DNA of 64,000 bases from Myxococcota bacterium (GTDB taxonomy: Bacteria > Myxococcota_A > UBA9160 > SZUA-336). Where the stretch lies: assembly GCA_965247115.1 (NCBI GenBank), contig CBDFGR010000003.1, forward strand, positions 672,001-736,000, read 5' to 3'. Each line of letters begins with the position of its first letter. Position 1 is the first letter of the stretch. Below, piece by piece: positions 38,276 to 46,356 of the stretch. Under the pieces are notes generated by a model, which did no database searches, was not told where the DNA came from, and was given only the letters and a program-made list of their open reading frames with translations. The translations under genes were made by a program, and so were the position numbers.

Positions 38276-39058
38276 ATGTCGAGCTACGAAACGATCCGTT
38301 ACGAGGTCTCCGGTGGCATCGCGCGCCTCACCCTGGACCGTCCGGATCAGCGCAACGGGATGACCAAGCGCATGGTTCGGGAGACCCACACGGCCCTGAC
38401 CGAGGCTGCGGCGGATCCCTCTCTCCGGGTGCTGCTGCTGACCGGGGAGGGCACGTCGTTTTGCCCTGGCGCCGACCTGAACTGGGCCACCTCGGGGGAG
38501 CACGACGCCGCCGACACGGCCGAGCCGCTGCACTTCCGCGTCCCGGTTCTGCTCCACCAGATGCCGGCGGTCACCCTGGCCGCGATCAACGGCGCGTGCG
38601 CCGGCGCGGGGTTGGGCTGGGCCTGCGGGTGTGACCTCCGGGTGGCTGCGCGTTCGGCGCGCTTCAACACCGCGTTTCTGAACGTGGCTTTCGCTGGGGA
38701 CATGGGTCTGCCCTGGAGCCTTCCCCGCCTCGTGGGAGCAGCGCGGGCCCGGGACCTCTCCTTTCTGGTCGAGAAGTTCACGGCGGAGGAGGCGCAGCAG
38801 ATGGGCCTCGTCTCGCGGGTCTGGGACGACGAGGTGTTTCGCAAGGAGGTCGAGGAGCTGGTCGGCCGCCTTGAGCGCCGCTCGCCCGTCGCGCTCAAGT
38901 ACCTCAAGGCGCACTACGTCGCCGCAGAGCGCATGGACTTTGGCGACTACGTCGATCTCGAGACGGAGCACCATGTGCGAATTGGGGCCAGCGAGGACAC
39001 GCAGGAGGCTTTCCGTGCCTTCCTGGAGAAGCGCGAGCCTCAGTTCCGGGGGCGGTAG
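38276..39058 (+). CDS. Enoyl-CoA hydratase/isomerase family protein
   Basis: LTLDRP, FCPGADL, AAINGACAGAG, AFLEKREPQFRG. Confidence 0.93.
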   Translation: MSSYETIRYEVSGGIARLTLDRPDQRNGMTKRMVRETHTALTEAAADPSLRVLLLTGEGTSFCPGADLNWATSGEHDAADTAEPLHFRVPVLLHQMPAVTLAAINGACAGAGLGWACGCDLRVAARSARFNTAFLNVAFAGDMGLPWSLPRLVGAARARDLSFLVEKFTAEEAQQMGLVSRVWDDEVFRKEVEELVGRLERRSPVALKYLKAHYVAAERMDFGDYVDLETEHHVRIGASEDTQEAFRAFLEKREPQFRGR

Positions 39059-39113
39059 CTGAATGCCGCTCTGCCCGGGCGGCGATGGCCGCGCGGGCCC
39101 AATAGAGCTCGGA

Positions 39114-39782
39114 CTACGTGCCCCGGAAGGGCTCGCCTCCCCAGCGCTCCAGGACGGTGAAATCCTCGACGGGGTTGCGGCGCAGGCGTGTCAGCTGCTT
39201 CGTCGGCTTGCCGATCGGGAGCAGCGCTGCGATAGCGAAGTGCTCGGGCAGGTCGAGGAGCTTCTGCGCCTCGGGCTCGCGACCGGCGAGGAAGGTGGTG
39301 AGCGCCCCGCCGTAGCCTTCGCCCCGCGCCGCGAGGAGGATGTTCCACACGAACGGGTAGATCGACGCGCCGCTGATCACACCCACGCGCGAAAGGTCGC
39401 GGTCGAGGGACGCGACCACTCTCAGATCAACAGCGACCAGGAGCAGAACCGAAACCGTCTCGAAGTAGTCGAGGAGCTGGGCGGGCACGACAACGTCGCC
39501 CACAGAGGCGGGGTCGACCTTGGACTCGTGCACAGTGTTGAAGGGGTTCTCGCCCGCCTGCACCTGGGCGACGTAGAGCTGCATCGTCGGTTTGACGAGC
39601 TCCGCAAGTTGCCGGCGTACGCTGCGGTCGCGGACGACGATGACACGCCAGCCCTGGCGGTTACCGCCGCTAGGCGCGAAGCGGGCACGGTCGAGGATCC
39701 GATAGAGCACGTCGTCGGGCAGCGGGTCGTCGGTGAACTCGCGTGCCGCGAAGGCCGTTCGCATGACCTGGTCGAGCTCCAT
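39114..39782 (-). CDS. Nitroreductase family protein
   Basis: AAREFTDDPLP, APSGGNRQGW, NILLAARGEGYG; start at MELDQ after GAGGAG. Confidence 0.92.
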   Translation of the reverse strand: MELDQVMRTAFAAREFTDDPLPDDVLYRILDRARFAPSGGNRQGWRVIVVRDRSVRRQLAELVKPTMQLYVAQVQAGENPFNTVHESKVDPASVGDVVVPAQLLDYFETVSVLLLVAVDLRVVASLDRDLSRVGVISGASIYPFVWNILLAARGEGYGGALTTFLAGREPEAQKLLDLPEHFAIAALLPIGKPTKQLTRLRRNPVEDFTVLERWGGEPFRGT

Positions 39783-39831
39783 GGTGATCTCCTCGCCCTC
39801 TGTGAGGCGCCAGATAGGGATGGGCGACCCG

Positions 39832-40423
39832 CTATCGGCCCGTGGTAACCCCTGCCGGAGCCGCCCGCGCCCTCGCGCGCCGGTGCAGTGCCCAGCCGAG
39901 CGGGCCGCACGAGACGACCAGCAGTGCGAGGGCCGCTCCATCGAGCCACGGCCCCAGCCACGGAAGCAGCACAGCCAGGCCCAGGGCGCCGAGCAGCAGC
40001 GGAAGCAGCGGAGTGGCGCAGCAGATCAGCACCGCGACCGCAGACGCCGCACCCCCAGCGGAAGGGCCGCCGCCAGCTGGCGGGCCTGCCGAGTCTCTCC
40101 ACCGCAACCGTCGGCGGGACCAGACGGCCCATAAGCGCGGACGTGCCCACGGGGCCGTGAATCTCGAGCCACGTGCGCTCGTCGCCCTCGTGCGTGCGCA
40201 CGTTGTAGCTGGCAAAGCTGCAGCAGCGGCTCTCGAAGGCGATGAAGGCGTCGATCTCGGCGCGAACATCTGTGCCAGGCCCGAAGCCGAGCGCGATGCC
40301 GTCGGGCAGCTCGCGCGCCGCGACGATGCGCCTCGCCAAGCCGTTGCCCAGCTCTTCCTTTCGCAGGGCGAGCTGGTCGGCCGGAAGCGAGCAGCGGGGT
40401 GCTTCGACGGGGATCTCACTCAT
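39832..40423 (-). CDS. Fusion of a Cys-containing metal-binding domain and a MerF/MerT-like 2-TM transporter (apparent frameshift at ~40054)
   Basis: N-domain RCSL...ESRCCSF; after adding one G to the TGGGGG run the frame continues AASAVAVLICCATPLLPLLLGALGL...WLD (MerF-like CC motif). Confidence 0.7.
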
Positions 40424-40826
40424 TCGGGTCTCCCAGGCCCGCGATTACGTCGCAGCGGCGCAGGTCGCCGCCGCACGCGCAGGCTTCGATGGTGTCCTTC
40501 AACGTGGCGCGCGCAACCTCGAGCGCGCCGATCTTCCGGTCGATCTCGTCGAGCTTGTGCCGCGCGAATGACTCCACGTTGCGCGCCGAGCGATGCGACT
40601 CGGCGACGCCAATGAGCTCTCGGATCTCACCCAGCGTGAAGCCCAGCGACTGCGCCCGTTTGATCCCGCGCACCCGCCGCACCTCAACTTCGCCGTACTC
40701 GCGGTAGCCCGCGCCGCTACGCGCTCGCGGCCGCAACAACCCGCGCCGCTCGTAGTAGTGAAGGGTCTGCACGTTGACGCCCGCGGCCTCTGCGGCGGCC
40801 CCGATCCTCAGGCTCAGTCCGACCAT
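40416..40826 (-). CDS. MerR-family heavy-metal-responsive transcriptional regulator
   Basis: LRIGAAAEAAGVNVQTLHYYERRGLL, IKRAQSLGFTLGEI, C-terminal CAC...C. Confidence 0.93.
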   Translation of the reverse strand: MVGLSLRIGAAAEAAGVNVQTLHYYERRGLLRPRARSGAGYREYGEVEVRRVRGIKRAQSLGFTLGEIRELIGVAESHRSARNVESFARHKLDEIDRKIGALEVARATLKDTIEACACGGDLRRCDVIAGLGDPNE

Positions 40827-40845
40827 GGCGCCTCCCTTCCTCCGG

Positions 40846-40877
40846 AATATAGACCCTATACCTAAGTATAGAGTCAA
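40846..40877 (-). promoter_or_regulatory. MerR-type promoter/operator
   Basis: Minus strand: TTGACT - 20-nt spacer - TATATT, with dyad ACTCTATAC-TTAG-GTATAGGGT, just upstream of the regulator's GGGAGG RBS. Confidence 0.85.
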
Positions 40878-40883
40878 GGCCCC

Positions 40884-41858
40884 TCAGTCGTAAATCGCGA
40901 CACACCGAACTTCGATACTCCAGCGTTCTGGGGCATCGGGGGACGCAGACGGATCCTCGAAGGCGCTGTGAAAGCTGAAGGTGCAGGGGGCCCACACGTC
41001 AGCGGCATCACCTCGATGACCCTGTGAGCGGGCCAGGTTGCCTCCGGAGTCCCACTGCTTGATGAGCAGCGCCTCGTCTCGTGTTAGCGCTGGATAGTAG
41101 TACCACTGGTGTCGTGACGAATGCTTCGCAAAGTAGTTCTCGCCCACTCGGTCTCGATAGTGGATCTCGAACACGACGAGGTCTTCAGGCTCTACGCTCT
41201 GCGCGTCGCACAACGCGACGGGATCTGATGCGACCGGCTCGTGGGCAATGTTGCGCCAGACGTTGATGAACGCGAAACGTCCGTCATCGCCGAGCGCCCG
41301 ATCCACCATCTCGGGCTCCAGCAGGGCCCGATCGATGATCGAGCGCAGCGTGTCGTTGGCGCTCGGAGGCTTTGCGAGGTCTCTCAACCGCTCCGGAGCG
41401 CTCCTCAGCGTGTAATCGCCGTGCGCGAGGTGGGCCGGGCCCTGCACCTGCTGCCCCCCGCTGATCCGTCGCTTGCTTTCCTTCCCGGCTGCAGAGCGTA
41501 CGTTGTGGTCGAAGGCAAAGACATGGCGGGCTGTGGTGGCCTCCCGAACCACCTGCGCACATTCGCGGTAGTAGTCCCCCACGACCTCCAGATGATCGAA
41601 GAAGTCGAGGTCGGGACGCAGGAGGGGTCGGGTGAGCAGCTCCAATCCGTTCCTGGCGAGGGTCCGGCGCTTCGCCCCGTCCATGAGTCGAGCGTTGTGG
41701 ACCGTCATCCTCCGCTGCTCGAGGACGACCCCCTCGGTGCCGGCGTCGCTGCCATCAGCGTCACGCCGCGTGAGCATCTTTCCGTTTCGGTAGAGGGAAT
41801 GTCGAACGGACGGGTCGACGTAGTTGAACCGGCCGACCCGGTCCTCGTCGCCTGTCAT
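40884..41858 (-). CDS. CmcJ/NvfI-like (AsaB-type) oxidoreductase
   Basis: FDHNVR, AHGDYT, FINVWR, PVALCDA, HQWYYYP, FHSAF, SIEVR. Confidence 0.85.
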   Translation of the reverse strand: MTGDEDRVGRFNYVDPSVRHSLYRNGKMLTRRDADGSDAGTEGVVLEQRRMTVHNARLMDGAKRRTLARNGLELLTRPLLRPDLDFFDHLEVVGDYYRECAQVVREATTARHVFAFDHNVRSAAGKESKRRISGGQQVQGPAHLAHGDYTLRSAPERLRDLAKPPSANDTLRSIIDRALLEPEMVDRALGDDGRFAFINVWRNIAHEPVASDPVALCDAQSVEPEDLVVFEIHYRDRVGENYFAKHSSRHQWYYYPALTRDEALLIKQWDSGGNLARSQGHRGDAADVWAPCTFSFHSAFEDPSASPDAPERWSIEVRCVAIYD

Positions 41859-41939
41859 CGGTGCTGCGGTCACGCTCACGGCTGCCCCCGTAACACTACA
41901 ATCCACGCATCATATCCTGCCGGTTCTCCCCGAGTTAGA

Positions 41940-43232
41940 ATGACCGGGGACACCCTGGAGGCTCCATTGCCCGAACCACTGTCCGGCTACCGGGTCGTCG
42001 ACATGACGACGGCCGTCCAGGGGCCCGCTGCAGGGCTCTATCTCTCAGACATGGGCGCCGAGGTGGTCAAGGTCGAGCGCCCGACCGGAGAGGCGACGCG
42101 CTTTCTGCGAGGGCCGAACAATCCCCACCCGCAAGAGGCGCACGGTACGCAGTTCGTCGCCGTCAACCGCGGCAAGAAGATGCTGCGAGTCGACGCCGAG
42201 GGAGAGCTCGGGCGGTCCGCGCTCTACCGGCTGATCGAGCGTTCGGACGTCTTCCTGACGAACTATCGCGAGTTGGCGATGGAACGGCTGGGATTTGGCT
42301 ACGAGGCGCTGCGCGCGCTGAACCCGCAGCTCGTCTACGCGGCCGTCAACGGCTTCGGCCCCCGGGGACCGCTCGCCGACAAGGCGATGGTCGACGGCGC
42401 CGCCCAGGCGCGCGGCGGTCTCCCCCATTTGACGGGCGACCCCGACGGCCCGCCGAGGCCCGCCGGCGGAATCATCGCCGACACCGCTGGCGGCATGCAG
42501 CTCGCCCTCGGCATCCTCACCGCACTCCTCGCGCGCGAGCGCCACGGTGTCGGGCAGAAGGTGAACACCTCGGGCTATGGCACCCAGCTCTGGCTCCAGA
42601 TGTGGGAGATCGCGCATGCGGGCGCGACCGGTCAGTCGCTGCGCCGCGCCGGCGCCCACCACGGCGGCGTTCCCGGCATGTACGGGATCTACGAGACTGC
42701 CGACCACGACCACCTCTTCATGGCGTTTCCGCTCACCACGCCGGCGTGGGTCGCGCTGTGCGAGTTTGCCGGCGAGCACGCGCTGGGGGCCGACGAGCAG
42801 TGGCACGACGTGGCGCGGCGCATCGGTATGAACGACCCCGACGCGGACTACGACGCCGTGCGCGAACGTCTCCGGCTCGCCTTCTTGCGAAAGCCCATGA
42901 AGGACTGGGAGGCGTTTCTGGACTCGGAGCCCGAGATCATCTGGAATCGTGTCTTTAACCACAACGACGTGCTGAACGACCCGCAGGCGCTCGCAAACGA
43001 CTACGTCGTCGAGATGGACATTTCGGGGATCGGGCCGAGCAGGGTGGTCGGAAACGTCGTCCAGCTCAGCGAGACGCCGGGGTCGGCCAAGGGTCCCTCG
43101 CCCGAACCTGGCCAGCACACCGAAGAGGTTTTGCTCGACCTGGGCTACTCCTGGGACGAGATCAGCGCGATCAACGACGAGACCGAGGCGTCGGTCGCGC
43201 GCGCAATCGCGGCGTCGGGCCGCCCGCTCTAG
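41940..43232 (+). CDS. CaiB/BaiF family III CoA transferase
   Basis: PLSGYRVVD, GAEVVKVERP, NRGKK, DVFLTNYR, PGQHTEEVL. Confidence 0.93.
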   Translation: MTGDTLEAPLPEPLSGYRVVDMTTAVQGPAAGLYLSDMGAEVVKVERPTGEATRFLRGPNNPHPQEAHGTQFVAVNRGKKMLRVDAEGELGRSALYRLIERSDVFLTNYRELAMERLGFGYEALRALNPQLVYAAVNGFGPRGPLADKAMVDGAAQARGGLPHLTGDPDGPPRPAGGIIADTAGGMQLALGILTALLARERHGVGQKVNTSGYGTQLWLQMWEIAHAGATGQSLRRAGAHHGGVPGMYGIYETADHDHLFMAFPLTTPAWVALCEFAGEHALGADEQWHDVARRIGMNDPDADYDAVRERLRLAFLRKPMKDWEAFLDSEPEIIWNRVFNHNDVLNDPQALANDYVVEMDISGIGPSRVVGNVVQLSETPGSAKGPSPEPGQHTEEVLLDLGYSWDEISAINDETEASVARAIAASGRPL

Positions 43233-43306
43233 GCCTTACAAGCAACCGCGGTCGACGACGTCGAGCTCTGCGGCAGTCATAGCACCCCCAGGTCGCAGAG
43301 CGGACC

Positions 43307-44419
43307 CTAGCCCAGGCCGTAGATCTTCGCCGCGGTGTCGTGGACGATCTGGCGGCGCTGCTCCTCGGGTAGGTGGCCGAGCCGCTTCTGCACGATCTCG
43401 CGCGAGCGGGGGAAGGTCGCCGCCGTGTGTGGGTAGTCGGACGACCACATGATGTTCTCGGGGCCGTAGCGGTGCAGCGAATCTACGAAGACCGGGTCGG
43501 CGATAAAGGTCGCGAAGACCTGGCGCCGGATGTACTCGCTCGCTCGCCCCGCGAGCTTCAGTCCGCCGAGCGCCCCCAGGCGGTGCTGCACCGTGTCGAG
43601 TCGGTACATGAGGTAGGCCATCCAGCCCGCATCGTTTTCGGCGGACACGATGCGCAGGCCGGGAAACTTCTCCAGCACTCCCCCGAGCACGAGTTCGGCG
43701 ATCGAACGCTCGATCTGGTGGTGTAGCGTCGCGAGCCCGAGCAGGAAATCGGGGCCCGAGCCCGAGCCGGTCCCTGTGCCGCTTCGCGCCGTCAGGATGT
43801 GGAGCGAGAGCGGCAGGTCGAGGTCCTGCGCAGCCGCCCAGAACGGCTCGTAGTCGGGGTGGCGGTAGGGCCGGTCGTCCGGCGGCTCGGCCCAGATCAT
43901 GGCGCCGCGCATGCCGAGCTTCGCGATGCGCTCGAGCTCTTCGATGGCCGACGGGATGTCCTCGAGCGTGATCAGACCGAGCGCGACGAGGCGATCGCGG
44001 TCGTAGCTGCAATACTCGCTGGCCCAGTCGTTGAATGCGCGGAAGCAGGCGGCGCGCAGGCCCGCATCGTCGAGCCCGAAGAGCGGCATGCCCATGGACG
44101 TGTAGATCACCTCGGCCCGAACACCGTCCTTGTCCTGGTCCTCGATCCGGAATGCGGGATCCCACACGCTCTTCGGCGCTTCTTCGAAGCCCTTCTTGGC
44201 GTGGGCCCGAAGGTCGCCCGAAGGCACTCCGGCCCCGAAGAAACCCGCAACCGACATCGGGGTGATGTTCTCGCACACGAACCACTCGCCGTCGCGGCCT
44301 TTCAAGCCCTTGACGGTGTGCGGTGCCCGGTCGCGGTAGGCGCGGTCGATCCGTTCGGTCCACATGTTCGGAGGCTCGACGAAGTGGGAGTCGGCCGAGA
44401 TGAGAACGTCTCGTGTCAT
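43307..44419 (-). CDS. Amidohydrolase family protein
   Basis: ISADSHFVEP, PLSLHI, IVSAEN, MWSSDYPH. Confidence 0.93.
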   Translation of the reverse strand: MTRDVLISADSHFVEPPNMWTERIDRAYRDRAPHTVKGLKGRDGEWFVCENITPMSVAGFFGAGVPSGDLRAHAKKGFEEAPKSVWDPAFRIEDQDKDGVRAEVIYTSMGMPLFGLDDAGLRAACFRAFNDWASEYCSYDRDRLVALGLITLEDIPSAIEELERIAKLGMRGAMIWAEPPDDRPYRHPDYEPFWAAAQDLDLPLSLHILTARSGTGTGSGSGPDFLLGLATLHHQIERSIAELVLGGVLEKFPGLRIVSAENDAGWMAYLMYRLDTVQHRLGALGGLKLAGRASEYIRRQVFATFIADPVFVDSLHRYGPENIMWSSDYPHTAATFPRSREIVQKRLGHLPEEQRRQIVHDTAAKIYGLG

Positions 44420-44487
44420 CGAATACCTCCCAGGCAAGTGTACGCGGCCGGGGGAAGGAAAGTATACTCGGGCGAGAGGAGGGCTCA

Positions 44488-45243
44488 GTGGAGAAGATCG
44501 TCGCAACGACAGAGAGTGGTGTTCGGACGATTTTGCTAAATCGGCCGGAGAAGCGAAACGCGCTCGACGGGGAGATGCTGTCGCTGCTCTTGGATTCGTT
44601 TCGCAAGCTCCCCGATCCGGCCGAGCGAGTGGTCGTCCTACGCTCCGCCGGTCCGGTCTTCTGCGCGGGCATCGACCTGCGCGAGCGCGCGGATGCCCCC
44701 GACCGGATGAGCAACATCGAGGAAGTGCTCCGCGCGATCGAGACGTACAAGCTACCCGTCGTCGCCGTCGTCCAGGGTGCAGCCATCGCCGGCGGCAACG
44801 AGCTGGCGCTCCACTGCGACTTCGTCGTCGCATCCGAACGTGCCGCGTTCGGCATGTCGCTCGCGCAGATCGGCCTCGCGCCGAGCTGGTTTCTGGCGAA
44901 GAAGCTGCTCGAGGTCGCGGGACCCATCGTCGCGCGAGAGATGCTCCTGCTCGGCGACCCGCTCCCTGCCCAGCGCATGCACCAGCTCGGGATCATCTCG
45001 CGGGTGGCCCCCCATGATGAGCTCGACGCAGCAGCGGCGGCCCTGGTCGACCGCCTCGTCGCCAACGCCCCCCTCTCGCTGCGCTCGATGAAGCAGCTCC
45101 TCGTGCGCCAGATGGCCTTCCGCGACGGCATCTCGCACGAGGACGTCGACGCGCTGCTCGCCGAGGCCCGCACGAGCGCCGACGCCCGCGAGGGGATCCG
45201 GGCGCGCCTCGAGAAACGCTCCCCACACTTCGAGGGCCGCTAG
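44488..45243 (+). CDS. Enoyl-CoA hydratase/isomerase family protein
   Basis: LNRPEKRNAL, FCAGIDL, GGGN-type AGGNEL, KRSPHFEGR; GGAGG upstream of the GTG. Confidence 0.92.
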   Translation: MEKIVATTESGVRTILLNRPEKRNALDGEMLSLLLDSFRKLPDPAERVVVLRSAGPVFCAGIDLRERADAPDRMSNIEEVLRAIETYKLPVVAVVQGAAIAGGNELALHCDFVVASERAAFGMSLAQIGLAPSWFLAKKLLEVAGPIVAREMLLLGDPLPAQRMHQLGIISRVAPHDELDAAAAALVDRLVANAPLSLRSMKQLLVRQMAFRDGISHEDVDALLAEARTSADAREGIRARLEKRSPHFEGR

Positions 45244-45253
45244 CACCGGCACG

Positions 45254-46312
45254 GTGGAGGACATGCCTGAAAGCCACTCTCGTGTTGTCGTGATCCCTGG
45301 AGACGATGCCGCCCCCGAAGCGGTCGCGGCGGCAATGCGCGTCCTGCGCAGGCTCGAGCTCCCGATTGACTGGGACGTGTTGCCCGCCGGTGCTGAGCTC
45401 GAGTCGATGGGGGCGGACGAGCGCGAAAAGTGGGTCAACGACCGAATCGATGCCGCCGACACCGTGCTCTTCGGCTCGACCAACGGGACGACCCCTGGCG
45501 TGCTGCACATGCGCTGGGACCGGGAGACCTACGCCAACGTGCGGCCGATCCGCTGGCGACCGGGCTTCCAGTCTCCGCTCGCAAACCCCGCTGACATCGA
45601 CTACGTGATCGTGCGTGAGAACCTCGAGGACATGTACGTGGGCGTGATGGGCCCGCTCACAGACTTGCGCTCCGCCGGTCTCGCGGGAGAGCGGTCGCGT
45701 CTGCCCGCCGGGCGCGAGGGGCGCTACGCGGCCAAGGTGATCACGCGAGATGGCACGGAGCGGGTCTCGCGTTTTGCGTGTGAAGTCGCTGCCAAGCGCC
45801 GAAACAAGCTCACGGTCTCGGCCAAGACCAACATGCTGCCCGCAACGGACCGCTGGTTCTGTGACATCGCCCGCGAGATTGCACAGGAGTACGCCGGGCT
45901 CGAGTTCGAGCAGTTCATAGTCGACGACATGGCGCACCGCTTGGTGAGCGCGCCCCACGAGCTCGACGTTCTGCTGCTCCCGAACCTCTACGGCGACATC
46001 CTGTCCGACGAGGCCGCGGCGACGATCGGCGGACTCGGACTGGCGCCGAGTGGCTGCTACGGCGCCGACTTCGCGTATTTCGAGTCTGCCCACGGCACCG
46101 CGCCCGACATCGCTGGGCAGCACAAGATCAACCCGACCGCCACGTTGGTGTCGGGCGTGATGATGCTAGAGCACCTCGGATTGAACGAGCAGGCCGCGCG
46201 ACTGGACGAGGCAATCTCGAATGTCTACGCGGAGGGGCGCGTCCTCACGCCGGATCAGGGCGGCTCGGCCTCGACCGACGAGTTCGCGGGTGCCCTCGTA
46301 GCTGCGCTCTAG
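45254..46312 (+). CDS. Isocitrate/isopropylmalate dehydrogenase family protein
   Basis: YANVRP, VRENLED, NLYGDILSD, FESAHGTAPDIAG. Confidence 0.92.
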   Translation: MEDMPESHSRVVVIPGDDAAPEAVAAAMRVLRRLELPIDWDVLPAGAELESMGADEREKWVNDRIDAADTVLFGSTNGTTPGVLHMRWDRETYANVRPIRWRPGFQSPLANPADIDYVIVRENLEDMYVGVMGPLTDLRSAGLAGERSRLPAGREGRYAAKVITRDGTERVSRFACEVAAKRRNKLTVSAKTNMLPATDRWFCDIAREIAQEYAGLEFEQFIVDDMAHRLVSAPHELDVLLLPNLYGDILSDEAAATIGGLGLAPSGCYGADFAYFESAHGTAPDIAGQHKINPTATLVSGVMMLEHLGLNEQAARLDEAISNVYAEGRVLTPDQGGSASTDEFAGALVAAL

Positions 46313-46356
46313 TGTCGGCCTTTCCGCTCGCGGGGCCGCAGAGCCGGAGCGACTAG

